DNA of 63,362 nt, filler included, from Licmophora abbreviata (taxonomy: Eukaryota): NCBI GenBank assembly GCA_900291995.1. It is 13 parts of 13 records of this genome, joined end to end, with 100 filler letters (N's around TTAATTAATTAA, not from the genome) between each part and the next. Parts side by side here need not be neighbours in the genome. Positions count along the whole stretch, not along the records: positions 8,743 to 13,107 come from OLMU01004748.1; positions 13,208 to 16,738 come from OLMU01004749.1; positions 16,839 to 18,980 come from OLMU01004750.1; positions 19,081 to 20,250 come from OLMU01004751.1; 9 more parts are not named here. One strand, 5' to 3'. Below, one piece after another: positions 9,719 through 19,422 of the stretch. Positions within the stretch are counted from its first letter, which is position 1. Each line of letters begins with the position of its first letter. A model generated the notes under the pieces. That model did no database searches, was not told the DNA's origin, and saw nothing but the letters and a program-made list of their open reading frames with translations. The translations under genes were made by a program, and so were the position numbers.

Positions 9719-11515
9719 ATGGTGCGCAAACCTGAAAATGGCGCCGACATGCTGGAGCGTGACAAGTCCAAGGACATGGGTGCGCTTGGCGAGCTTTGGC
9801 CATTTCTCAAGCCCTACAAAACGCTTCTGGGCGCGGCACTTCTTGCGCTGGTTCTGACGGCGATGGTGTCGCTGGCGCTGCCATTGGCGGTGCGCCGGGT
9901 GATCGACAATTTCGGGGTGGAAGACAGCGCCCTTCTGGATCTTTATTTCATGGCCTCGCTTGGTATCGCCGCATTGCTGGCGATCGGCACGGGGCTGCGC
10001 TATGCGCTGGTCACGCGGTTGGGCGAACGTGTGGTGGCCGACATCCGCAAGGCGGTGTTCGATCGTGTGATCGGAATGAGCCCGGCCTTTTTCGAAAAGA
10101 TCATGACCGGCGAGGTTCTGAGCCGGATCACCACCGACACGACGCTCATCCTGTCGGTGATCGGATCGTCGGTGTCGATCGCGCTGCGCAATCTGCTGAT
10201 TTTTGTCGGCGGTCTGATCTTCATGATGCTGACCTCGGCCAAACTGACCGGGATGGTGCTGCTGATCGTGCCGCTTGTCATCGTGCCGATCCTGACGATG
10301 GGCCGCAAGCTGCGCAAGCTGAGCCGGGAAAATCAGGATTGGATCGCCAACAGTTCGGGCAATGCATCCGAGGCGCTTTTGTCGGTTCAGACCGTGCAGG
10401 CCTTCACCCACGAAGAGGCCAGCCGCGGACGCTTTGCCGACGTGACCGAGGAAAGTTTCGACGCGGCCCGTCGGCGCATCACGGTGCGTGCGGTCATGAC
10501 GATGATCGTGATCTTCCTTGTGTTCACGGGCATTGTCGGCGTCCTTTGGATCGGTGCGAATGACATGCGCGCGGGTGACATGACGCCCGGTGCGCTGGTT
10601 CAGTTCGTGATCTATTCGGTCATGGTGGCGGGCGCCGTGGCGGCCCTGTCCGAGATTTACGGCGAGTTGCAGCGGGCCGCCGGTGCCACGGAACGGCTGG
10701 TTGAATTGCTGCAGGCGCAAGATCATGTGAACGATCCTGCCAACCCCATTGCCTTGCCGCGCCCGGTGCGTGGTGAGATCAGCTTCGAGAACGTGCGATT
10801 CTCCTATCCGTCGCGTCGCGAAACCCCGGCGCTTGACGGTTTCGATCTGAAGGTTGCCCCCGGCGAGACGATCGCGCTGGTAGGACCTTCGGGGGCGGGC
10901 AAAACGAGTGTGATTCAGATAATCCAGCGCTTTTACGACCCCGATCAGGGACGTGTCCTTCTGGACGGTATTTCCCTTTCCGACATGGAGCGCCGGGATT
11001 TCCGGCAGGACATGGCGCTGGTGCCGCAAGACCCGATCATCTTTGCCGCCTCGGCGCGCGAAAACATTCGCTTTGGTCGTCTGGATGCCACCGATGCCGA
11101 AGTCGAAGAGGCCGCGCGCGCAGCGGCGGCACATGATTTCATAGCGGCCCTGCCTGACGGTTATGATACCTATGTGGGCGAACGTGGCGTCATGCTGTCC
11201 GGCGGTCAAAAACAACGCATCGCGATTGCGCGCGCCATTCTGCGTGATGCGCCGGTGCTGTTGCTTGACGAGGCGACCTCGGCGCTTGATGCGGAAAGCG
11301 AGCGCGCGGTGCAAACGGCGGTCGAGGCGATGGCGCGCACAAGGACCACGATCATCGTGGCGCACCGTCTTGCCACGGTAAAAAAGGCCGACCGTATCAT
11401 CGTGATGGACAAGGGCCGTATCGTGGCTCAGGGGACTCATGAGGCATTGGTGGCGGAAGACGGGCTTTATGCGCGTCTTGCCCGGCTGCAATTCACCGAT
11501 GGTCAAGCGGCCTGA
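9719..11515 (+). CDS. ABC transporter, fused permease/ATPase (MsbA-like exporter)
   Basis: Six-TM N-terminal domain, GPSGAGKT Walker A, LSGGQKQR signature, [11 protein letters not shown] and AHRL. Confidence 0.95.
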   Translation: MVRKPENGADMLERDKSKDMGALGELWPFLKPYKTLLGAALLALVLTAMVSLALPLAVRRVIDNFGVEDSALLDLYFMASLGIAALLAIGTGLRYALVTRLGERVVADIRKAVFDRVIGMSPAFFEKIMTGEVLSRITTDTTLILSVIGSSVSIALRNLLIFVGGLIFMMLTSAKLTGMVLLIVPLVIVPILTMGRKLRKLSRENQDWIANSSGNASEALLSVQTVQAFTHEEASRGRFADVTEESFDAARRRITVRAVMTMIVIFLVFTGIVGVLWIGANDMRAGDMTPGALVQFVIYSVMVAGAVAALSEIYGELQRAAGATERLVELLQAQDHVNDPANPIALPRPVRGEISFENVRFSYPSRRETPALDGFDLKVAPGETIALVGPSGAGKTSVIQIIQRFYDPDQGRVLLDGISLSDMERRDFRQDMALVPQDPIIFAASARENIRFGRLDATDAEVEEAARAAAAHDFIAALPDGYDTYVGERGVMLSGGQKQRIAIARAILRDAPVLLLDEATSALDAESERAVQTAVEAMARTRTTIIVAHRLATVKKADRIIVMDKGRIVAQGTHEALVAEDGLYARLARLQFTDGQAA

Positions 11516-11566
11516 GCGGGGTGCGGCAGGGTGTGATCCCGCCGTGCAGGTTGTGAAGGGAGCAAG

Positions 11567-12454
11567 ATGATGAAGATCGCGACAGCGGCCTATCCGCTTG
11601 ATCCGGTACAGAGCTGGGACGCTTATGCCGCCAAGCTGGAGGAATGGGTGGCTGGTGCCGCGGGGCAGGGCGCTGATCTGCTGGTTTTTCCGGAATACGG
11701 CGCGATGGAACTTGCCATGCTGGACGGCCCGGAAGCTGCGGGCGATCTGGAACGATCCCTGCATGCGGTGTCGCGCTGGCTGCCGGAGGTGGACAACCTG
11801 CATTCGGAGTTGGCGGGACGCTACGGGGTGCATATCTGCGCCGCCTCGGCCCCCGTTTTCGATCCGGATCACGGCACAAGGCCGGTGAACCGAGCAAGGC
11901 TGTTCACGCCGCAGGGGAGCTGCGGGGTTCAGGACAAGCAGATCATGACCCGTTTCGAGCGCGAAGATTGGCACGTGATCCCCGGTGGCCCCTTGCGGCT
12001 GTTCGACACAGACCTTGGCCGGATCGGTATCCTGATTTGCTATGACGTCGAATTTCCGCTTTTGGCGCGCGTCTTGTCGGATGCCGATGTGATCCTTGCT
12101 CCGTCCTGCACCGAGGCGCTGGCGGGGTACTCGAGGGTGCGCATAGGGGCCATGGCACGGGCGCTCGAGACGCAATGTGTCGTGGCCATGGCCTCGACCG
12201 TGGGCGATGCCGCCTGGTGCCCTGCGGTGGATGAAAACACGGGCATGGGCGGTATCTTCGGCCCGCCGGACACCGGGTTTCCGCCAACAGGCGTGATTGC
12301 CGAGGGCGTGTTGAATAAACCCGGCTGGACCTTTGCCGAGATCAGGCCTGCGGCTGTCGCGGCTGTGCGGGTCGATGGCGTCGTGCTCAACCGCGCGCAC
12401 TGGAATGAGCAGCCGGAACGCGCCGAGAAAGCTATAAACCTGAGCCTGCGTTGA
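11567..12454 (+). CDS. Carbon-nitrogen hydrolase (nitrilase superfamily)
   Basis: FPEY, QDK and ICYDVEFP supply the catalytic Glu/Lys/Cys triad. Confidence 0.92.
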   Translation: MMKIATAAYPLDPVQSWDAYAAKLEEWVAGAAGQGADLLVFPEYGAMELAMLDGPEAAGDLERSLHAVSRWLPEVDNLHSELAGRYGVHICAASAPVFDPDHGTRPVNRARLFTPQGSCGVQDKQIMTRFEREDWHVIPGGPLRLFDTDLGRIGILICYDVEFPLLARVLSDADVILAPSCTEALAGYSRVRIGAMARALETQCVVAMASTVGDAAWCPAVDENTGMGGIFGPPDTGFPPTGVIAEGVLNKPGWTFAEIRPAAVAAVRVDGVVLNRAHWNEQPERAEKAINLSLR

Positions 12455-12536
12455 TTATAAGCTTGAAAAACACGGCGAATGGCCCCATTTAGGGCGCGGT
12501 CCGCACACAGGCGGATTCCATAACGAAGGAGATATC

Positions 12537-12755
12537 ATGGCCAAGGAAGATACGCTCGAATTCCCCGGTGTCGTGAAGGAACTCCTGCCTAACGCGACGT
12601 TTCGGGTCGAGCTTGAAAACGGCCATGAGATCATCGCGCATACGGCAGGCAAGATGCGCAAGAACCGCATCCGCGTTCTTGCGGGCGACAAGGTTCAGGT
12701 GGAAATGACGCCCTATGATCTGACCAAGGGTCGGATCAACTATCGCTTTAAGTAA
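12537..12755 (+). CDS. infA: Translation initiation factor IF-1
   Basis: [24 protein letters not shown]...[23 protein letters not shown]. Confidence 0.99.
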   Translation: MAKEDTLEFPGVVKELLPNATFRVELENGHEIIAHTAGKMRKNRIRVLAGDKVQVEMTPYDLTKGRINYRFK

Positions 12756-12767
12756 GCTTTTGACTGA

Positions 12768-13480
12768 ATGCGTTTGATCCTCGGATCCGGCAGCCCGCGC
12801 AGGCGGGAGCTGCTGGCTCAGATTGGGGTGGTGGCGGATGACATCCGCCCGCCCGACATAGATGAAACCCCACGCAAACAGGAATTGCCGCGCCCTTATT
12901 GCGCGCGCATGGCGCGTGAAAAGGCGATGGCCGTGGTTGCGGATGCCGGGGATATCGTTCTCTCGGCGGATACAACGGTGGCCCTTGGTCGCCGGATCAT
13001 GGGCAAGCCCGCGACCGCCGGAGAGGCGGCGGAGTTCCTGCTGGCCATGTCCGGTCGCCGGCACAAGGTGATCACCGCCGTCGCGGTGCGCCGGGGGGAG
13101 CGGCTCTNNNNNNNNNNNNNNNNNNNNNNNNNNNNNNNNNNNNNNNNNNNNTTAATTAATTAANNNNNNNNNNNNNNNNNNNNNNNNNNNNNNNNNNNNN
13201 NNNNNNNGCCGTCGCGGTGCGCCGGGGGGAGCGGCTCTGGGAACGGGATGTGGTGACCAGCGTCAGGATGAAGCGCCTGTCGGACCAGGAACTCAATGCC
13301 TATCTGGCGACTGGTGATTGGCAGGGCAAGGCGGGCGGTTATGGCATTCAGGGACCGGCAGGCGCGTTGATTCCCTGGATTGAAGGCTCGTTCACGGCGG
13401 TGGTGGGTCTGCCGCTTTATGAGACCGCAAGCCTGCTGCAGGCTGCGGGCTACCCTGTATTCGGAGGATGGACAGAATGA
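12768..13480 (+). CDS. maf: Maf family nucleotide pyrophosphatase, split by a linker (contig ends overlap by 31 nt)
   Basis: [30 protein letters not shown] and VVGLPL. Bases 13077-13107 equal 13208-13238. Confidence 0.93.
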
Positions 13481-14502
13481 AGGGCCGGTTGGTTGTGCTG
13501 GATGATCTGAAGGGTCATGAGGCAGCGGCCCTGATGGTCGATGGGCGGCTGGAGGATCTGTTTCTCGACAGTGAAGGAACACGAACAGGCGCGATCTACC
13601 GCGCTGTAGTGGATCGTCCGGTCAAGGGGCAGGGAGGCGTCTTTGTCCGCACGACCGATGGCATGGGGTTTCTGCGTCAGGTGAGCGGGCTGCGCCCCGG
13701 TCAGGCCGTTCTTGTTCAGGTCACCGGCCAACCCGAGCCGGGCAAGGCCCTGCCGGTGACCTCGAGGTTGTTGTACAAAAGCCGCTACGCCATCGTCACG
13801 CCTGACGCGCCCGGCCTGAACGTGTCGCGCAGCATTCGCGACGAGGATCGGCGTGATGCACTTCTGGCCATCGCCCATGCCGAGATGGGGGATGCCGAGA
13901 TGGGCCTGATCCTGCGATCCTCCTGCGCCGAGGCCAGCGATGACGACATCGCCGATGATATCCGCGCCATGCATGATCTGGCGCAAGCCGTGGCCGAGGA
14001 TGCCGAGGGTGCCGGGCCGGAAAAGCTGACCGAAGGGGACGGTCCGCATCTGCTGGCATGGCGCGAGTGGACGGATGCCGCCGAGCTGGACACGACGCCG
14101 GGAAGTTTCGCCGCGCATGGCGTGCTTGATCAGATCGAGGCTTTGCATCAGCCGGACTGTCCGCTTTCGGGTGGGGCGTCCATGGTGATCGAGCCGACCC
14201 GCGCCCTGGTCGCGGTGGATGTGAACACTGGTGGTGACATGTCGCCGGCGTCAGGCTTCAAGGCCAATCTTGCCGCTGCAAAGGAGCTTCCGCGCCACTT
14301 GCGCCTGCGTGGCCTTGGGGGGCAAATCGTGATAGATCCGGCTCCAATGCCCAAGAAGGACCGCCGACAGTTCGAAACCACGCTGCGCGCCGCCTTTCGG
14401 GCGGATCGTGTCGAAACGGCCCTTGTCGGATGGACCCCACTGGGCCATTTCGAGCTGCAGCGCAAACGCGACCGCACGGCTCTGAGCGAGGTGGCCGAAT
14501 GA
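13477..14502 (+). CDS. rng: Ribonuclease E/G family protein
   Basis: S1-like N-terminal region, [18 protein letters not shown] and GHFELQRKR motifs; conserved infA-maf-rng-yacG order; ATGA overlaps on both sides. Confidence 0.85.
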   Translation: MKGRLVVLDDLKGHEAAALMVDGRLEDLFLDSEGTRTGAIYRAVVDRPVKGQGGVFVRTTDGMGFLRQVSGLRPGQAVLVQVTGQPEPGKALPVTSRLLYKSRYAIVTPDAPGLNVSRSIRDEDRRDALLAIAHAEMGDAEMGLILRSSCAEASDDDIADDIRAMHDLAQAVAEDAEGAGPEKLTEGDGPHLLAWREWTDAAELDTTPGSFAAHGVLDQIEALHQPDCPLSGGASMVIEPTRALVAVDVNTGGDMSPASGFKANLAAAKELPRHLRLRGLGGQIVIDPAPMPKKDRRQFETTLRAAFRADRVETALVGWTPLGHFELQRKRDRTALSEVAE

Positions 14503-14681
14503 CCTGTCCGATCTGTCAAAAGCCGACCGACACACGCTTTCGTCCGTTTTGTTCGAAACGCTGTGCGGATGTGGATCTGGGGAAATGGTTTGGGGGTGAT
14601 TATGCGGTTCCGTCTCAAGACCCCGAAGATATGGAGCGCGCCTTCGAAGAGGCGGAAAAAGAGCGGGCGAAACCACATTGA
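14499..14681 (+). CDS. yacG: DNA gyrase inhibitor YacG
   Basis: CPIC...RPFCSKRCADVDLGKW zinc-finger motif. Confidence 0.95.
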   Translation: MTCPICQKPTDTRFRPFCSKRCADVDLGKWFGGDYAVPSQDPEDMERAFEEAEKERAKPH

Positions 14682-14759
14682 AAATTTTGCCAATCCCTCT
14701 GGACACGCCGTGCGCGCTCGCCTAAGACACGCGCACCCGAACGCTGATGCGTTCCCCAT

Positions 14760-14834
14760 GCCCGGGTAGCTCAGGGGTAGAGCAGTGGATTGAAAATCCT
14801 CGTGTCGGTGGTTCGATTCCGCCCCCGGGCACCA
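14760..14834 (+). tRNA. tRNA-Phe (anticodon GAA)
   Basis: GCCCGGG/CCCGGGC acceptor stem, TTGAAAA anticodon loop, GGTTCGATTCC, encoded CCA. Confidence 0.97.
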
Positions 14835-14914
14835 TATAATTCAAGTAAAATATTGAATTATATGAGGGATTTGGGTTTTCGTAAAAATTTATCCACCCAA
14901 ATATACACCTTAAA
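14833..14914. other. Putative genomic-island attachment region at the tRNA-Phe 3' end
   Basis: Abrupt AT-rich switch. Perfect 12-bp inverted repeat CATATAATTCAA-gtaaaata-TTGAATTATATG (14833-14864). Tandem ATCCACCC/ATACACCT arm-site-like motifs at about 14891-14910. Confidence 0.5.
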
Positions 14915-15067
14915 GCCGCTATTGAGGTGGATACTGGACGTCCCTTACTAACGGGCCGACTGGATCATTAATCGATGATGTGCGTCTAATCCCCATGGAC
15001 GATTGCTTCTAACACAGGAGGCTCGCATCCAGGGAGCGCGTTTGTTTCGATTTAGTATCCGTCGGCC

Positions 15068-15256
15068 TTATAGTGACTTGTCTGTCTTCTCAGTCGTGAT
15101 CGCGCGACCAATGTGCGACTCGACAATCAAGCGTAGAGATTCCAAACCGCCTGCCGCATCCTCAATTGCTGCGCGAAGTCTTTGGTCGTGACCTGGGCGG
15201 AACTTGCCGCCCTTCGTCTGTTCGCCACACCCACAGATACATTTTCCCAACGTCAT
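15068..15256 (-). CDS. Small hypothetical protein with CxCGCG...F.PGHD putative zinc-binding motif
   Basis: 62-aa ORF MTLGKCICGCGEQTKGGKFRPGHDQRL..., with a GAAGGAG RBS immediately upstream. Confidence 0.7.
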   Translation of the reverse strand: MTLGKCICGCGEQTKGGKFRPGHDQRLRAAIEDAAGGLESLRLIVESHIGRAITTEKTDKSL

Positions 15257-15415
15257 GCTCCTTCGTTACGCCTGCGCTTTCATCCCTTTTGCAATATGGG
15301 CGGTTCGGCGCCGTCTACTTGGTTGGTTTTCGCGGCAGTCCCTTCGCTACACTGACCTGCCACGGGATTTTTCCTCCAGTTGGAATTAGAGTCCGGCCCA
15401 ACGAAGGGACGGACA

Positions 15416-15682
15416 ATGAAGCGAACGAGATACAGCGAAGAACAGATCATCGGCATTTTGACCGAGCATGAGGCTGGCGCGAAGTGTGCTGACCTGTGCC
15501 GCAAGCACGGCATGTCGGAGGGCACCTTTTATGCCTGGAAGGCGAAGTTTGGCGGGATGACGGTTTCCGATGCCAAAAGGCTCAAGGCGCTGGAAGACGA
15601 GAATGCAAAGCTGAAGAAGCTTCTTGCCGAGCAGATGCTGGATGCTGCGGCGATGAAGGAACTTCTGGCAAAAAAATGGTAA
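15416..15682 (+). CDS. IS3 transposase OrfA (HTH plus leucine zipper)
   Basis: [12 protein letters not shown]...[21 protein letters not shown]...[13 protein letters not shown]. Confidence 0.93.
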   Translation: MKRTRYSEEQIIGILTEHEAGAKCADLCRKHGMSEGTFYAWKAKFGGMTVSDAKRLKALEDENAKLKKLLAEQMLDAAAMKELLAKKW

Positions 15683-16644
15683 GGCCCGCGGTGAAGCGCG
15701 ACGCAGTTGCGCATCTGCAGGTCAAGCTGGGCCTGTCGGAGCGGCGGGCCTGCCGCCTTGTCGGGGCGGATCGCAAGATGATCCGCTACCAGTCCAGAAG
15801 GCCGCCAGAGACAGAGCTGCGCCAACGGCTGCGGGATTTGGCCAACGAACGCCGCCGGTTCGGCTATCCATTGGCCGGTAGGCGATTGCCCGCAATCGCC
15901 GTAAGGCGGCGCCTGTTCGTGCTCTTGCGCCGCGATGGCGAGCCGTCAGGGATCAACCGCATCTATCGGCTGTATCGAGAGGAAGGGCTGGCGGTGCGCA
16001 AACGGCGCGCCCGGCGCAAGGCGGTGGGAACTCGTGCCCCGATCCTGGTCGAGGCGCGGCCAAACGCCCGGTGGTCGTTGGATTTCGTTCATGACCAGCT
16101 CGCTTGTGGCCGGCGGTTCCGCATCCTGAACGTGGTCGACGATGTCACTCGGGAATGCATCGCAGCCATCCCGGATACATCAATCTCTGGGCGGCGTGTT
16201 GCGCGGGAATTGGCGACGCTGATCGAACGGCGCGGAACGCCTGGCATGATCGTCAGCGATAACGGCACCGAACTGACCAGTAACGCGATCTTAACCTTTA
16301 CCACGGAGCGCAAGCTTGAATGGCATTACATCGCGCCGGGCAAGCCCATGCAGAACGGCTTCGTCGAAAGTTTCAACGGGCGCATGCGCGATGAGCTTTT
16401 GAACGAAACCATGTTCCGGAACATGGCGCACGCCCGTGCTGTGATCCGGGCCTGGGTCGCGGACTTCAACGAAACACGTCCACATTCGGCACTTGGCTAC
16501 CAGACGCCCAAGGCATTCGCCGAATACCTCACAACCGCAACCGACATCCGCGCTGCGCCATCTGAAAGCTCCGCACGGATGTCGGTTGCTCAACCTGCGC
16601 CAATCGGCGTATCAACCCAAAGGGCTCCGGTTCCGGCTGGATGA
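15670..16644 (+). CDS. IS3 transposase OrfB (DDE), reached by -1 programmed frameshift at A7 (15670-15676)
   Basis: [26 protein letters not shown] and RPHSALGY motifs; slippery AAAAAAA at the OrfA/OrfB overlap. Confidence 0.92.
   Translation, partial: KKMVRPAVKRDAVAHLQVKLGLSERRACRLVGADRKMIRYQSRRPPETELRQRLRDLANERRRFGYPLAGRRLPAIAVRRRLFVLLRRDGEPSGINRIYRLYREEGLAVRKRRARRKAVGTRAPILVEARPNARWSLDFVHDQLACGRRFRILNVVDDVTRECIAAIPDTSISGRRVARELATLIERRGTPGMIVSDNGTELTSNAILTFTTERKLEWHYIAPGKPMQNGFVESFNGRMRDELLNETMFRNMAHARAVIRAWVADFNETRPHSALGYQTPKAFAEYLTTATDIRAAPSESSARMSVAQPAPIGVSTQRAPVPAG
15868..15906. repeat. 39-bp palindromic element inserted in frame within IS3 OrfB
   Basis: CCATTGGCCGGTAGGCGATTGCCCGCAATCGCCGTAAGG splits the conserved FGY|RRL motif and contains the 9-bp inverted repeat GGCGATTGC-cc-GCAATCGCC. 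Confidence 0.75.
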
Positions 16645-17089
16645 AAGTTCAGTGGCAGGTCAAGAGTGGTTCAACCGCTGCACTCAACTGTTCAGCATGC
16701 ACGTCGATGTGGCTGCTGTTCGTTAAGGTCTAGCGTATNNNNNNNNNNNNNNNNNNNNNNNNNNNNNNNNNNNNNNNNNNNNTTAATTAATTAANNNNNN
16801 NNNNNNNNNNNNNNNNNNNNNNNNNNNNNNNNNNNNNNATTTTTAAGAAGAAAAAAAAGGGAAACGCAGAGAGCACATCGATACGAAGCAGTCACCGTTA
16901 GTTGACTGGGTAGACCACCCCATGATTTTTACAGGCTAGGAGTTGAGACATGACACGTAAGATTAGCGGACATAGTTTTTGCTAGATCAAAATCGCTCCA
17001 CAAACGCCATTTATGCCATTCGAGTCAGTTCCACACCCCACCGCATTGCGCAGTCAAGCTCAGACGATTTCAAGCAAGTGCAGTGGTCT

Positions 17090-18430
17090 TTACCCACGGG
17101 ACTTGGCTCGCCAGGCAGGCATCATGTTCGCTGCCAGTCGCTGAGTGCAAAGACTCTTGATCACCAGTATACGTGGCCCCAAGGCGTTCAATAGTGAGTC
17201 TAGCAACACTAGAGCATCCACCAGCCCATCGCTTCCCGATAAGCCACCCACATCCACAAAGACAGCGTCAAAGCCACAACGCGCGTTGCAATCGCCCTCA
17301 ACAGAAGATGCATAGTCCTGTTGAATTTGCAACAGCTCGGCGGTCTTCCATGCATCCCCGACCGCAAAATATACATTGGGATGCCGTTTTCTAGCTCGCT
17401 CGATGATGCTGGGGCCAATATCGACACCAACGCAATACCCTCCTAGCGCCTCGCCGGCCTTGTCATTCAAGATGGTCGTTGTTACTCCGAGATGACAGCC
17501 GATCTCGAGTACAGCGTCTCCTGGACGAACAACCGTGTCGATGGTCTTTCGGTATTCGTCAACGCCAACGGCAGCAAGAATCGGAACTCGACGGACGTAT
17601 CTCCTGTCCTCCTCAGAAATAGTGGTGTATTTTCTAGACGGAAACAAGCGACCCGCAAGGAGGTTGAGGGAGCCAGACTTGATGAGAACGGTACGACAGT
17701 GGCCCCCCAGCGCTTCATTGAGCGATAGAAACTCCTGAACGAGATGAAACGTACTCCACTCCAGATCGTTCCCAATGAGTGCACTGACATCCAAAACAAA
17801 GACATCAAATGTACGAGGCGCATCATTGTCTGGAAAGAAGAAAGTCCGTCTCCATTCTTGTATGGAGGCAATTTCGGAAAAGGTCGCCACATCGGACGGC
17901 ACGAGGAGCTCATCGCCTGGTCGGCGCATGCCTCGCGTATGCGCTTCAGGACGCTGACTGGAAGGAAACTTTCGTTTCATATCTACTAGAACAGCCCTTC
18001 CTAAACCACCACGAAGAACCATCCAAATGGCAGTCGACACCTCTCGTAGTTGCGAACCGAGTTCCGCGACCGAATCGTCAGGACGGACCTGAGCCTCTAC
18101 TGCCCTTGTCAACTCCTTGGCAGTGGAGCACGTCAGCCAAGCCGTAGGGGTGCGGCATTGCTGCTTTTCGCTGACAGTCGCAGGCGTTTCGGGCGTCTGT
18201 GGTTCCGGTGACTGTGACCCGTCAAGATGCATGCTACCGCGAGTAGTAGCGGTCGAGGTGCTGCCGACGAAATAACCGACGCTGTATGGAAGCCAAGCGA
18301 AAGCTACCAGGATACACGTCACAACAGCTGAGGACGACAAGGTTGAAGGTGTAAGGGCCCCTCCTCGCCATTGAGGAGCTCCACAGCCGTTCCTCTCGAG
18401 AATAATTGATGTCGGTGCACCGCCCACCAT
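17090..18430 (-). CDS. SAM-dependent methyltransferase-like protein with two tandem Rossmann-like repeats (eukaryotic, N-terminal hydrophobic segment)
   Basis: VLEIGCHLG motif I, GVDIG and VGDAW in the C-terminal repeat; a degenerate VAELGSQL copy lies upstream. Confidence 0.7.
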   Translation of the reverse strand: MVGGAPTSIILERNGCGAPQWRGGALTPSTLSSSAVVTCILVAFAWLPYSVGYFVGSTSTATTRGSMHLDGSQSPEPQTPETPATVSEKQQCRTPTAWLTCSTAKELTRAVEAQVRPDDSVAELGSQLREVSTAIWMVLRGGLGRAVLVDMKRKFPSSQRPEAHTRGMRRPGDELLVPSDVATFSEIASIQEWRRTFFFPDNDAPRTFDVFVLDVSALIGNDLEWSTFHLVQEFLSLNEALGGHCRTVLIKSGSLNLLAGRLFPSRKYTTISEEDRRYVRRVPILAAVGVDEYRKTIDTVVRPGDAVLEIGCHLGVTTTILNDKAGEALGGYCVGVDIGPSIIERARKRHPNVYFAVGDAWKTAELLQIQQDYASSVEGDCNARCGFDAVFVDVGGLSGSDGLVDALVLLDSLLNALGPRILVIKSLCTQRLAANMMPAWRAKSRG

Positions 18431-19422
18431 CGTGAGGTTGCCTATTCTTCAGAATTCGGAGTTTCAAAATCCACAAGTTTTCTACTTCGCGCCCAAAAGA
18501 CAACTCCTCAGGGGCCCGGATCAATGATAACAGCCAATCCGTCTAGTAGACACTCTTCTACACCTGCCTTCTGGGCTGGTACTGAAGATGGTTGCTACTC
18601 TTCATGGCAAACCTTTCGTAACCGTCGCCGTCCTAGAGAACATTTTGCCAACCGGACTTAACCGTCTCGATTGGCTCCTTGGATCTCATCCAAAGGACCT
18701 CGTTTCTTGTATTACTCATATCAAAATTCATCTTAACTGTTAAACAATCATTGCAATACAATCGGAATGCTCGCAACTGCCTGATCCAGCGCTGAGCTGG
18801 CAAGAGCGGCATACAAGTCGATTCATTCGGAAAGCAGGAGCGCGTCGGTTCCCGTGCATAGCGTATCACGGTACTGCACACGCTCATGGTGACGGACAAG
18901 ATTGTAACAGGCTATGCAAGGAAGGCCCTGACGGTCGCCTCTGAGCTCTCACAGTCGATTGGGTTTCAGATGACGGCAACNNNNNNNNNNNNNNNNNNNN
19001 NNNNNNNNNNNNNNNNNNNNNNNNTTAATTAATTAANNNNNNNNNNNNNNNNNNNNNNNNNNNNNNNNNNNNNNNNNNNNCGCCCCAATGTGTCGTCATC
19101 GCGGATGTAAATGTACTCCAGGGAGTATTTTAATGGGCGCCCATTCTTTGTACGTCAGCGATGAGAGAGACGCAATCTAAGTCTCCCTCACAAGTCGGTT
19201 TTCGATGCCATCGTATCGGGACAAGCCTCTTGTATCTAGTAAGTCCAATTACTGTTACACGCGCAAAGGGACTTGCCTCGGGTCTACGACAGCTCGGATA
19301 TTCTTTTTTATTCTCACAATCGAGCCATTTGCGTCTGCAAACGTTGAGGAGGATATGAAATCTAAATCTCTTTTGCTCAACCTGAGATGCTTTCGAACTG
19401 AAACACACACCCCGCTCAACCG

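Larger units (their letters stand above)
15353..16662 (+). mobile_element. IS3-family insertion sequence (IS407-like group), 1310 bp
   Basis: TG...CA ends with imperfect inverted repeats TGACCTGCCACGGGATTTTTCCTCCAGTTGGAA / TGACCTGCCACTGAACTTTCATCCAGCCGGAA. OrfA/OrfB layout. No obvious target-site duplication (acac | agag). Confidence 0.95.

Noticed and set aside
16739..16838. IS3-mediated horizontal transfer of bacterial DNA into a diatom chromosome
   Set aside because: The junction is a synthetic linker with no sequence continuity; co-assembly or contamination is far simpler.
18431..19422. Short ORFs in eukaryotic intergenic regions (also 26753-27629 and 61800-62150)
   Set aside because: No recognisable motifs, splice support or coding-like composition.
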